From positions 1-64,000 of the forward strand of contig CAWJTV010000042.1 of the NCBI GenBank assembly GCA_963845755.1: DNA of 64,000 bases. Reading direction: 5' to 3'. Shown piece after piece: positions 1 through 9,743 of this stretch. Under the pieces are notes generated by a model that did no database searches, was not told the origin of the DNA, and saw nothing but the letters and a program-made list of their open reading frames with translations. Made by a program: the position numbers and the translations under genes. Each line of letters begins with the position of its first letter. Positions within the stretch are counted from its first letter, which is position 1. This DNA comes from an uncultured Planctomycetota bacterium (lineage in GTDB: Bacteria; Planctomycetota; Planctomycetia; Isosphaerales; Isosphaeraceae).

Positions 1-814
1 CGACTGGGCTCATTGGTCTCTTCTGGGGACCATTTGTCGCGTCAAGGCCGTCTGACAATCTCACATTGAAAATTTTTCTGGGAATTTCTTTCTCATTTTG
101 ACCAAATAACTTATGACAAAAAAACGGCTCACTCATCGGAGTTTACGAATCGGTTTTTGCAATCCTGAGGCATCCTGTTAGATAGGGGTAAGGGTGGTCC
201 CATAACTTTCGATTCACTTTCTGCAATCCCGATCGGTTCTGCGGGAATTCCTGTCCGATCCGCACGCTCTCCACCGAAGGCGAATGCCCATCCATCACCG
301 CGGAAATCGCGGAATCGGTCGATAAGCTGGAGATCATCGACGCACGATCGATCGAACCGGCCCGGCCCACACTTCCGGCTGGCCGTTGTCAGAGCCGTCA
401 CGATTGCCGAACCCGGGGAACCGCGGCAATGGTCCTCCGATCACGGCTGCGTCGCGCGGGGGCTTCCGACTCGTCATGGATTTGAAAGATTGGGACATCC
501 TGATGAAGATGAGGATCGGGTTCGATGGTCCGGAATACGACGGCCGTTCGTGCCGCCAGCGGCGCGACCGGTCCCAACATGTTCGCCCACTCCCTCGAAG
601 TCTTTACTGGAATCGAGGTTGAGAGATGGCACCGCGTCCAAGTAGAGTCTATTCGTGCCACATTGTGACACGATCCTGTCCCGACACGGTCCGTCCCAGC
701 CAGGACCATCGCACGGCGATCGGACCGGGCCGTACATGAGAGGGCCGTGTGCCTCCCGCCAGTCTTGGAGTGGAGACGGCCGGCGATCCTCCGTCGGCCT
801 TCGTCATTCCGGCC

Positions 815-842
815 TTGCGACGGGTTGGGTGTCGGATACAAT
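815..842 (+). promoter_or_regulatory. Putative sigma70 promoter of larC operon (TTGCGA-16 bp-TACAAT)
   Basis: Near-consensus -35/-10 hexamers about 45 bp upstream of the likely larC GTG start. Confidence 0.45.
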
Positions 843-887
843 GGCCCAGTGTTGATCGTTTCGGCATTCGTGGTAAGGGGTAAGGGC

Positions 888-2075
888 GTGCGAGTCGGCT
901 ATTTCGATTGCTTCAGCGGCATTGCCGGCGACATGACGCTGGCCGCGCTGGTGGATGCGGGCGTCGATCGCCGGGCGATTCAGGAGGCCGTGGCCAGCCT
1001 GGGATTGCCGTGCGAACTGACGTTCGAGACCGTGCGGCGCGGCGGGTTCCGCGCCACGTATGCGAAGGTCAACACGCCCCACGAACACGCTCATCGCCAC
1101 TGGCACCATATCGAGGCGATCATCGACAAGAGCGTCCTGACGCCTCGCCAGAAAGACCTGGCCAAGCGGGTTTTCCTCAAGCTGGGCGAGGCCGAGGCGA
1201 AGGTCCACGGGGTCGACCTGTCCAAGATCCATTTCCATGAGGTCGGCGCGGTCGATTCGATCGTCGATATCGTGGGTTCGGCGGTCGGCCTGGACCTGCT
1301 GGGAGTCGATCGGTACGAGGCCAGTCCTGTCCCTCCGGGCCGCGGCTGGGTGAAGGCGGCCCACGGCCGGATGCCCTTGCCGGCGCCCGCCACGGCGGAA
1401 TTGCTCCGTGGCGTGCCACTGGCCGAGTCGCTCGTCGAAGGCGAGCTGACCACGCCGACCGGGGCCGCGATCCTGACCACCGTCGCCGAGCGATTCGCAC
1501 CGTTCCCGCCCTTGACCATCGAGTCGATCGGCCTCGGGGCCGGGACGCGCGAGCTGCCGGAACAGGCCAACATCGTGCGTCTGTTCGTCGGCACTGTCGA
1601 GCTGCCCGCGGCCAGCGACCGGGTCTGGGTCCTCGAGACCAACCTGGACGACCTGCCGGGAGAAGTCGTCGGCTACACCATGACCCGGCTCATGGAGGCC
1701 GGCGCGCTCGACGCCTACGTCACGCCGATCCAGATGAAGAAGAATCGGCCCGGTGTGATGATCTCCGTCCTGTGCGGCGAGGCCCTGATCCCCGTCCTCG
1801 AGGACCTGTTGTTCCAGGAGACGGCGACCCTGGGAATCCGCCGGTATCCCGTCAGCCGACACAAGCTGAAACGACAGGCGGTCGAGGTCGAGACTCCATT
1901 CGGTCGGGTCCGCGGAAAACTCGGCTGGCTGGGCGAGCGCCCGCCGACGTTCAGCCCTGAGTATGACGACTGCGCACGGATCGCCGCCGAGCAGGGGATA
2001 CCACTCCGTGAAGTCTACGATGCGACCAGTGCGGCCTACGCGCGACAAGCCGCTCCTGGCGAAGTCCGATCGTAG
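888..2075 (+). CDS. larC: Nickel pincer nucleotide cofactor biosynthesis protein LarC (Ni insertase)
   Basis: YFDCFSGIAGDM N-terminus, His-rich HEHAHRHWHH, HFHEVGAVDSIVD, ELTTPTGAA, ETNLDD, MKKNRPG, PEYDD motifs; GTG at 888 is in frame with ORF 747..2075. Confidence 0.95.
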   Translation: MRVGYFDCFSGIAGDMTLAALVDAGVDRRAIQEAVASLGLPCELTFETVRRGGFRATYAKVNTPHEHAHRHWHHIEAIIDKSVLTPRQKDLAKRVFLKLGEAEAKVHGVDLSKIHFHEVGAVDSIVDIVGSAVGLDLLGVDRYEASPVPPGRGWVKAAHGRMPLPAPATAELLRGVPLAESLVEGELTTPTGAAILTTVAERFAPFPPLTIESIGLGAGTRELPEQANIVRLFVGTVELPAASDRVWVLETNLDDLPGEVVGYTMTRLMEAGALDAYVTPIQMKKNRPGVMISVLCGEALIPVLEDLLFQETATLGIRRYPVSRHKLKRQAVEVETPFGRVRGKLGWLGERPPTFSPEYDDCARIAAEQGIPLREVYDATSAAYARQAAPGEVRS

Positions 2076-2114
2076 AGGATCGCCGCCTGTAAGGTCCAAG
2101 GAGGGACGCGATCG

Positions 2115-2678
2115 ATGGAGCCCGAAACTGGGATCGTCCTGGCCGTCGCCGCGGCCTTCTTGCTGCTGGGGATCGCCGTCTCGCCGCTCGCCTGGGTGGC
2201 GATCTGGAATCACCGCTCCCGATCCGAGCGACTCATCGAGAGGCGATTCGTCGATTTACAAGGTCGATTGGGAGCTTTGGACGACCGCATGGCCGGATGT
2301 GAATCCTCGTTGCTGACCCTTCGAACCGGTGGCGAGTCTCCGCGCGGAAACGCGACCCTTCCGCGGCCGATTCCCGCGACCGCGACGAGGGGATGGTTGC
2401 GGTCGGATGGAGCGGAGGCCGCGCCGGGTGGAGGTCCCGGCGAGGTTCGGTTGATCGCGGTTCCGAACCTGGCATCGGCGATGGGAGATCGAGACGCCAT
2501 GCTCAGCGGGCTGACCCAGCGCTACGCCGCCATCTGGGCGCTGGCCGATAAGGGCGCGACGGCGGACGTCATCGCCCGGGCCACCGGGCAACCGATCGGC
2601 CAGATCGAGCTGATCCTCGGATTGAGGCGGCAAATCGATGGAACCCGGACCACGATCCCTCATGCCAGTCACGAATGA
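2115..2678 (+). CDS. Membrane-anchored hypothetical protein with C-terminal helix-turn-helix-like segment
   Basis: N-terminal TM helix; C-terminal IWALADKGATADVIARATGQPIGQIELILGLRR; GAGGGA SD upstream. Confidence 0.7.
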   Translation: MEPETGIVLAVAAAFLLLGIAVSPLAWVAIWNHRSRSERLIERRFVDLQGRLGALDDRMAGCESSLLTLRTGGESPRGNATLPRPIPATATRGWLRSDGAEAAPGGGPGEVRLIAVPNLASAMGDRDAMLSGLTQRYAAIWALADKGATADVIARATGQPIGQIELILGLRRQIDGTRTTIPHASHE

Positions 2679-3159
2679 CCCCGATCGCTCCATCGCGGAC
2701 CCCGAGTGGACGCGTTGCCTGGAACGGACCCGTCTGGCCGTGCTCAACGTCCTCGTCGCTGTGGGTTTGACGATCGCCGTGGGCGGCTGGCTGCTCCGCG
2801 GGAGGGACCCGGCGCAGCGTCCGCCCATGCCGGCAACCTTGCCCGTGCTCTGGCTCTCCCTGATCATGCTGGCCCTCGCGAGTCATCTGGCTCGGCGCCT
2901 GGCGAGACGCCGCGCCGCCACGATGAAACCCGGTCGCCGGCCAGCCTTGTTCTACGGCTCACACGTCTTCTCCGCTGCGGTCGCGGTCCTGGTGGCCGCA
3001 CTGGGGATCTTCAGCGGTTGGTTCATCGATTCTCGGTTCGAGGCGGTCATTCCCTTCTGGGTCGTCGCCCTGGCCCTGGGATTCCAGGCGATCCCGCGCG
3101 CCCATGAGCTGGATGATTACGTCACACGTCCAACGGATCCCGGAGAACCTCCGTCATGA
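2662..3159 (+). CDS. Hypothetical integral membrane protein (about 4 TM)
   Basis: Four hydrophobic segments; stop overlaps the next ATG (ATGA at 3156-3159); start uncertain (2638 or 2662). Confidence 0.65.
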   Translation: MPVTNDPDRSIADPEWTRCLERTRLAVLNVLVAVGLTIAVGGWLLRGRDPAQRPPMPATLPVLWLSLIMLALASHLARRLARRRAATMKPGRRPALFYGSHVFSAAVAVLVAALGIFSGWFIDSRFEAVIPFWVVALALGFQAIPRAHELDDYVTRPTDPGEPPS

Positions 3160-4379
3160 GCGGCACCCAAAGCACGCTGTTGTGGATCTATGCCGGGATC
3201 GTCGCCATCTGGCCCATCCGGCTGGTCGTCCTGACCCTGATCCTGCGCCGGCAGGTCTTCCTGACACCGCGATCACCGCGCTATGACCAGGCCGATCCCC
3301 CCTTGATCTCGGCAATCCTCCCGGCCAAGGACGAGGAGGCGAACCTCGGCGATTGTCTCGCGTCGGTCTGCCGGCAATCGTATCCGAACCTCGAGATCAT
3401 CGTCGTCGACGACCGCAGCATCGATCGCACCGGGGAGATCGCTCGCCGGTTCGCGGCGGAGGATCCGCGCATCCGCGTGCTCACGGTCGATCATCTGCCG
3501 GCCGGGTGGACCGGCAAGACGCATGCCCTGGATCGGGCCGCCGACCTCGCGCGCGGCGAGTGGCTCTGGTTCCTGGATGCGGATACGCTCCATGCACCCG
3601 AGAGTCTGGCCATCCTGCTGGAACATGCCCGCCAGCACGACGCGTCCCTGGTAAGCTTGCTGCCGGAACTGCGCTGCGAGACCTTCTGGGAGCAGGTGGT
3701 GCAGCCGCTCGGGGGCATCGTCCTGATGCAGTCCTTCCCATTGCATCGCGTCCACGACGAGCGATCCTCCCTGGCGTTTGCCAACGGGCAGTACATCTTG
3801 ATCCGGCGAACGGCCTACGACGCCGCGGGGGGCCACGAGGCCGTTCGGGATCGGTTCGTCGAAGACATCGCGCTGGCGAGCCGGGTCAAAGCTCTGGGCC
3901 TCACCATCCGCGTCGCTCTCGTCCGCGGCATCGTGAGCTGCCGGATGTATTCGTCGCTCAGCCAGCTCGTCCGAGGCTGGAGCCGGATCCTCTATGATGC
4001 CCTGGACCGCCGCACCAGCCGTTTGTTCGTCAGGTTGCTGGATGTCCTCGTGTTTTGCCAGAGCGGCCACGTCGCGTTGCTGGCCGGATTGCTCCTCCTG
4101 GCCCTGGGCGAGAACCGGACGTTCGCCGTCGGTCTCGTCGGCCTGAGCGTCGTTCACCACGTTTGGATGTACTTCGTCTTCCGCCTCGTCTATAACACAT
4201 CGGTGCCGAAGTCACGATACGTCGCATGGTTTCCCCTGGGCAACGTCGTGATCGACGCCATCCTGCTGCGATCGATCCGGATGTGTCTGACCGGCAAGGT
4301 CAACTGGAGGGGAACCGAGTATGGAGTCGCGACCGAGGCAATCCCCGTGGAGAAGGCCGGTTCGGCGACCGGGGTCTGA
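3156..4379 (+). CDS. Membrane GT2 glycosyltransferase, CrtQ/HpnB-like
   Basis: PAKDEE, VVDDRSID, GWTGK, FLDAD, ANGQY, VEDIAL, CRMY, GWSR motifs and C-terminal WRG. Confidence 0.85.
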   Translation: MSGTQSTLLWIYAGIVAIWPIRLVVLTLILRRQVFLTPRSPRYDQADPPLISAILPAKDEEANLGDCLASVCRQSYPNLEIIVVDDRSIDRTGEIARRFAAEDPRIRVLTVDHLPAGWTGKTHALDRAADLARGEWLWFLDADTLHAPESLAILLEHARQHDASLVSLLPELRCETFWEQVVQPLGGIVLMQSFPLHRVHDERSSLAFANGQYILIRRTAYDAAGGHEAVRDRFVEDIALASRVKALGLTIRVALVRGIVSCRMYSSLSQLVRGWSRILYDALDRRTSRLFVRLLDVLVFCQSGHVALLAGLLLLALGENRTFAVGLVGLSVVHHVWMYFVFRLVYNTSVPKSRYVAWFPLGNVVIDAILLRSIRMCLTGKVNWRGTEYGVATEAIPVEKAGSATGV

Positions 4380-4391
4380 GCCGCGGCTCCG

Positions 4392-4480
4392 GGGAATTCA
4401 AGATTCGAGATTCAAGATTGAACATTCCTGATGGAGATGATTTTTTCTGGAATCTGGAATCTGGAATCCGGAATCTGGAT
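4392..4480. repeat. Heptamer tandem repeats (AGATTC[AG]-type and [CT]GGAATC-type) arranged as an imperfect inverted pair
   Basis: caagattcgagattcaagatt ... tggaatctggaatctggaatccggaatctggatt. Confidence 0.8.
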
Positions 4481-4530
4481 TTTCTCCTGGGAAACAGCCG
4501 AAGACCGCGTGAGGTAGTGGGACGACCACG

Positions 4531-6046
4531 ATGAGCACCAGCGTGACAGCACTCGGCGATGAGGTTTTGATCGCGCGGAATCCCGCGACCGGCATGGAGC
4601 TCGGCGCGCGTGCCGACCACGCCGGTGGAGCACCTGGACGAGATCGTGTCCCGGGCGCGACGGGCGCAGGCATCCTGGTCGTCGGCCGGATGGCAGCATC
4701 GCCGGACAATCCTGGAGTCGTGGTGGCACCAGCTCAACCGCGAAGCCGAGGATTGGGCCGATCTGATCCGGGCCGAGATCGGAAAGCCTCGCATCGAGGC
4801 GATGGGGGGAGACGTGCTCGCCTCGCTGGATGCCATCCGATGGACGGTCCGCGCCGCCGGGAGGACCCTGGCGCCGCATCGGATCGGTCCGGCGTGGCAA
4901 CGTTGGCTGCTCATACCAGGCGGACGTTGCCGATCGGCGCCCCTGGGCGTGGTCGGGATGATCGGTACATGGAACTACCCGCTATTGCTGAATGCTCCTC
5001 CGATCGTCCAGGCACTGGCCGCCGGAAATGCGGTGGTCTGGAAAGCCTCGGAGCTGGCGCCGTTGTGCGGGGCCAAGCTCGCAGAGAGCTTGAAGTCTTC
5101 GGGGATCCCCGAGGGACTGGTGTCGGTCCTCCAGGGTGGCCCCGAAGTCGGTGGGGCTCTCGTCGAGGCCGACCTGGACAAGGGGCTATTCACCGGTGGC
5201 ATCGAGAACGGCCGGCGGGTCGTGGCTGCGCTGGGCCGCCGAGGCATCCCCGCGGTCGCGGAACTCTCGGGCTTCGACCCGGCCATCGTCTTCCCCGATG
5301 CCCCGCTGGCCAGCACCGTGCGCGCCCTGTGCTGGGCGGCATTCGTCGGGTGCGGGCAGACCTGCATCGGGGTGAAACGGGTCTTGGTGGTCGGCGACCC
5401 CGCCCCGTGGGCCCAAGCCCTCGCCGAGGCCGCCCGCGCGCTGCGAGTCGGCGATCCCGCCTCAGCGGGCGTCGATCTCGGACCGATGATCACGGCCTCG
5501 GCGCGCGATCGGTTTCACGCCACGATTCGGGCCTCGATCGATGCCGGGGCCGTCGTCCTGTCCGGCGGCGAGCCACTGGACGGCCCCGGGCACTTCTATC
5601 CACCCACGGTCCTGATCGCCCACTCCGCCGAGCCCGAAGATGCCCTCGCCGGCGCCTTCGGGCCCGTGGTCGTCGTTCGAGGCGTCTCCGATCCCCAGGC
5701 CGCCGTCGAAGCGGTCAATCGAAGCCCATTCGCGCTCGCCGCCAGCATCTGGAGTCGCGATCGGCGACAGGCCCGCAACCTGGCCGACCATCTTCATGCG
5801 GGAATGGTCACCATTAACGACGCCGTCACACCCACCGCCCACGCCTCGGCTCCGTTCGGCGGGGGCAAGGCCAGCGGCTTCGGGAGGACGAAGGGACCAA
5901 GCGGCCTCCAGGAGTTCCTCCAGCCTCAGGTCGTCTTCGAGCGATCCGTCGGGGGCTTCCGCCCTCAACTCTTCCCATACCCCTCGTCGGGCCTGCTCGA
6001 GCGGTTCTTCCGCTATTACCGCGCCCTCTTTCATGGCAAGGGCTGA
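4531..6046 (+). CDS. Aldehyde dehydrogenase (AldH-like); one frameshift near 4610
   Basis: ARNPATG in the 4531 frame, then WNYP, WKASE, FTGG, catalytic ELSG and GQTC, FGG-K-SGFGR in the 4610 frame. Confidence 0.9.
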
Positions 6047-6576
6047 CCTCGGAGTTTGCGAAAGAATCGGGAAAAATATCCAAGATTCAATATTTAATGA
6101 ACTCGAATCCCTGCTCTGCGCGGCGTACGATCTCCATAATTTGGTTGCCTCTCACACTCGATCCGATTAATATAGGTACGGAAGGGGAAAGAACAATGTA
6201 TCTCGTGATCATGCTCGAAAGAGTGCTCGTTGTCATGCCGGAGTTCCCCCCGGCAAATATTCCCTCAACTGGGAAATCCGTCGAGTCGTCGCAGCGCGAC
6301 GACTCATGATTGATTCATGGATTCGATGAATCGGAGGCGTTCGCCGTCCTTCCGAGTCGTCTCGGAGGATGCGATCTTTCTTCCAAGAGACGGAGTCGCG
6401 AGCGTCCCTCCCCGGCCGCGACTCTCCGCCCAGTTCGGTCTGAGGCATACGGATTGAGATGTCGATCGATCGATCGGCGTAGCGTTTGATCGGTGTCCTA
6501 TCTGCATCGATCGGCACTGCAGTTCCAGGACACGGATCCCTCGACGTTCCGGAGCTCCCGGAGTGGATAGGGTTCA

Positions 6577-7266
6577 TTGTCTTCGAACGTCGGTTTCCTT
6601 GACTGCGAGGGAGGAACGGAATTGAGTACCGAGACGAGATCAGTCCTTCTTGCGTCCAAGGTGAATCAGGGCGAGAAGCCAGCCGGATTGTGGCGCCGGA
6701 AGGCGCGGGTTAAACTCCTGGCCGGTACGATCGCGGGACTGGCCATCGCCGGGCTCGCCGGATTCCTGATCAACACCCGAGCCCACTTCACCCAGCCGAC
6801 TTCGAGCGAAGGGACCCCCATCATGTCCAAACCCACGGATCCCGAACAGACGGCCGTTGACCCCAAGGATGCGGAATACAAGCAGAAGCTGACCCCGGAG
6901 CAGTATCACGTAACCCGCGAGAAGGGGACAGAACGCGCATTCACGGGTCGATACTGGGATTACAAGGGGAGCGGGATCTACAAGTGCGTTTGCTGCGGCA
7001 GCCCGCTCTTCGAGTCGAAGACCAAGTACGATTCGGGCACGGGGTGGCCGAGTTTCTACGAGCCGATTGATGAACAGAACGTCCAGACGGCCGTGGACTT
7101 CAGCCAATTCACCGCGCGAACCGAAGTGATGTGCAAGACGTGCGACGCCCACCTGGGCCACGTCTTCGAGGATGGTCCGAGACCTACCGGTCTGAGATAT
7201 TGCATCAATTCCGCCTCGCTCGCTTTTCAGGAGACCGAGTCGAAACAAAAGCCGGAGCCCCGGTGA
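6577..7266 (+). CDS. msrB: Peptide methionine-(R)-sulfoxide reductase MsrB with N-terminal membrane/signal segment (start uncertain)
   Basis: [54 protein letters not shown]. Confidence 0.95.
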   Translation: MSSNVGFLDCEGGTELSTETRSVLLASKVNQGEKPAGLWRRKARVKLLAGTIAGLAIAGLAGFLINTRAHFTQPTSSEGTPIMSKPTDPEQTAVDPKDAEYKQKLTPEQYHVTREKGTERAFTGRYWDYKGSGIYKCVCCGSPLFESKTKYDSGTGWPSFYEPIDEQNVQTAVDFSQFTARTEVMCKTCDAHLGHVFEDGPRPTGLRYCINSASLAFQETESKQKPEPR

Positions 7267-7350
7267 TTCCGAGGGGTCGTTCAGCTCGGGGCGGAGGCCG
7301 TCCCTCGCGTGACGCGGGGAAGCGCATCCGCCCTCCGCCTTTCCTGACTC

Positions 7351-7396
7351 TTGTCGGCCGCCCGCCGCCCAAGTATGATTTCAGTAGAAACTGATA
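7351..7396 (+). promoter_or_regulatory. Sigma70 promoter (TTGTCG-17 bp-TATGAT) with adjacent palindromic operator TTTCAGT-N4-ACTGATA
   Basis: -35 at 7351-7356, -10 at 7374-7379, inverted repeat TCAGT/ACTGA at 7381-7394 just upstream of a MarR-type gene. Confidence 0.65.
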
Positions 7397-7419
7397 GTCC
7401 AGACAGGGCGGTACTTCCT

Positions 7420-7995
7420 GTGACACTCACGCCGGCTGCGCAAAAGTTTGTATTACACTGGGGAGAGATGGGGCAGGCTTGGGGCATCAATCGGACCATG
7501 GCCCAGGTTCATGCGCTCCTGTTCGTGGCCCCTGCGCCGCTGGACGCGGAAGAGATCAGCCAGCTCCTCGATGTCAGCCGTTCCAACGTCTCGACGAGCT
7601 TGCGCGAGTTGATCACATGGGGCGTGGTCCGCCGCGTTCACATCATCGGCGACCGTCGCGATCGATTCGAGGCCCTGAAGGATGTCCTGGAGACGTTCCG
7701 CGTGATCATGGCGGAGCGCAAGCGGCGCGAGATGGATCCGACCATCGCCCTGCTGGAACATTGCGTCCGCGAGGCGAAATTGGGCGATCCTTCCGAGCAG
7801 TATACCCGCGAGCAACTGGAGAAGATGCTCGAGTTCACCAAGATGGTGACAACCTGGTACAGCCACGTCGATCACCTCTCGACATCCTCACTGCTCCGCC
7901 TCTTTCGCGGCGGTGCGATGCTGGGTAAGCTCTTCGCCCGCTCGAAAAAGCAGACGAACGAGCAAGAGAAGGCCGGCGCCGGCTCGATGTCCTGA
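7420..7995 (+). CDS. GbsR/MarR family transcriptional regulator
   Basis: FVLHWGEMGQAWGINRTMAQVHALL, SRSNVSTSLREL, ERKRREMDP; GTG at 7420. Confidence 0.9.
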   Translation: MTLTPAAQKFVLHWGEMGQAWGINRTMAQVHALLFVAPAPLDAEEISQLLDVSRSNVSTSLRELITWGVVRRVHIIGDRRDRFEALKDVLETFRVIMAERKRREMDPTIALLEHCVREAKLGDPSEQYTREQLEKMLEFTKMVTTWYSHVDHLSTSSLLRLFRGGAMLGKLFARSKKQTNEQEKAGAGSMS

Positions 7996-8057
7996 GGGAT
8001 TCTTCCCGACAGAACCTCTCTGGGTTGTGACCGATGGCCGCGCCCGGAGGACCTGGA

Positions 8058-9743
8058 CTAGAAGGGCACGACCGGTGATTCCTGTTTCGGCTGTGCGGTC
8101 ACGGAGGATTTCGACGTCGTTGCGGGTTGGTCGACTTTCCTCTCGGCGCGACGTGCGGGCGGAGCGGCCTTTGTGGCCATCGCCTGGGCCTTCTCCTTGG
8201 CTGCGAGCTCGGTCCGGCTCTGCTCGAGTGCCTGGCTGTAAGCCCTCATCGCCTCATCATCCAGATAACGGTCGATCATGGACTGGAGGTCGTTGATCTG
8301 GGCCTGGGCGGTCTTGGTCAGGATGGCCGTCTTGCTCTGGGCCTGCTCGCGGGCCGCGTCTTCCTTGAGCTGAGCGAGCCGCTTGGCGTATTCGTCCCGG
8401 GGCGTCAGGCGGGAGAATTCCTTGAGGGCCGCTTCGAGTCCGGGCCAATCCTCCCCTTTGAGGCGGGCTTCCATCCGGGCCTCGAGCCGGGCTCGCAAGG
8501 CGACGAGGTCGACCACCTCATCGCGCAAGGAGTCGATCTGGGATTCCAGGGCGACGGTCTGCGGCCGGGGATTGATCGGTATGGGGAGCTTCGGGGAGCT
8601 CTCGCCGGGCATGATCGGGAATTCGCGCACGGGCTCGACTCCGCCGGCCAGGAGCCGGAGGATGACCAGTCCTTCGGCGAACCCGGGACGCAGCACGATC
8701 CGGCCGCTGCGATCGGTCAGGCCCATCTCGCGCGGTTTTCCGTCGGGGGGCACGTGGGCCGTCAGGGTATAGCCGGCGGCGGGGATCTGGTCGACCCCAG
8801 TCACGAACCGGAGTCGGAGCGGACTCTGGCCCGGCTTGATCCCGACGCCGGCCAGCGTGTTCGCCTGGACGACTCGTTGCGTGAGCGGGTCGCGATAGGC
8901 GCTGATGATCGTGCAGCGTGCGACCGGTCCGTCCATCGACTCGACCTGGAGGTACGTCAGCGCGATGGTCAGAACCACGGTACCTTTCTTGGCGGAGACC
9001 AGGCGAAGGGGCTGGAAGACCGTCCCTTTGGCGACCACCCGGCCGATCGGGCTCGCCGGCTCGATCATGGATCCGCGGACGGTCAGCATGGCTCGGCCTC
9101 CCTCCTGCCCGGTGATCAGCGCCGTGGGACTGAATAGGTCGAGCGCGAAGACGAGCAGAGCCCGAGGTGCATCGCCGAGGCTCTCGACCGTCCGGCGCTG
9201 GAGCGGGCCCAGCCGTCGCGTGGCCGTGTCGTACTCGCGGCCCGAGAACACCAGGCCCGTGCCGGCATCGGGTCGGTCGGCGTGGACGAGCCAGACTTTA
9301 TCGAATGCGCCGACATTGGCGAACGCCGATGCGTCCGGATCCTCCAGGTCGAGATCCAGTAGCGGGCTCGAGGGTGGCGCGATCGAGATGACCCAGGGCG
9401 TCCCCACGAACCGGCGCACGAGGATCTGCCAGTCGCGGAGCAAGTCCGAACGCCGCGTCTCGTCGATTCTCGAGGACGGGTGACAGGCGAAGTGGATCAC
9501 GATCCGATAGGGCTGGCGCTCCATCGACTCGGTGGACTTGGGGCTCGACAGTGCCGGGGGTGTCGTGGGTCCGGGCTGCGTTGCCGCCGGCACCGGGCCC
9601 TTCTCTCCGACGTCTGCCGGGGCCGGGGGCTCCTGGCCGACCGATCCTCTGGTGAGCCCGAAAACGACCGATACGGACACGGCCGCGACCAGGCATATCG
9701 CCGCGGCAAGCCGTACTCGCGATGCTCCAGGTTGGACCGTCAT
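8058..9743 (-). CDS. Exported hypothetical protein
   Basis: Long ORF with signal-like N-terminus; ATG at 9743 overlaps the upstream stop (ATGA). Confidence 0.75.
   Translation of the reverse strand: MTVQPGASRVRLAAAICLVAAVSVSVVFGLTRGSVGQEPPAPADVGEKGPVPAATQPGPTTPPALSSPKSTESMERQPYRIVIHFACHPSSRIDETRRSDLLRDWQILVRRFVGTPWVISIAPPSSPLLDLDLEDPDASAFANVGAFDKVWLVHADRPDAGTGLVFSGREYDTATRRLGPLQRRTVESLGDAPRALLVFALDLFSPTALITGQEGGRAMLTVRGSMIEPASPIGRVVAKGTVFQPLRLVSAKKGTVVLTIALTYLQVESMDGPVARCTIISAYRDPLTQRVVQANTLAGVGIKPGQSPLRLRFVTGVDQIPAAGYTLTAHVPPDGKPREMGLTDRSGRIVLRPGFAEGLVILRLLAGGVEPVREFPIMPGESSPKLPIPINPRPQTVALESQIDSLRDEVVDLVALRARLEARMEARLKGEDWPGLEAALKEFSRLTPRDEYAKRLAQLKEDAAREQAQSKTAILTKTAQAQINDLQSMIDRYLDDEAMRAYSQALEQSRTELAAKEKAQAMATKAAPPARRAERKVDQPATTSKSSVTAQPKQESPVVPF

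Noticed and set aside
1..880. Short ORFs upstream of larC
   Set aside because: No motifs; likely a divergent regulatory region (a possible minus-strand start at 13 runs off the window)
888..2075. Programmed frameshift in larC (larC1/larC2 type)
   Set aside because: The gene is continuous in one frame
804..2213. 469-aa minus-strand ORF
   Set aside because: Antisense to larC, with no motifs
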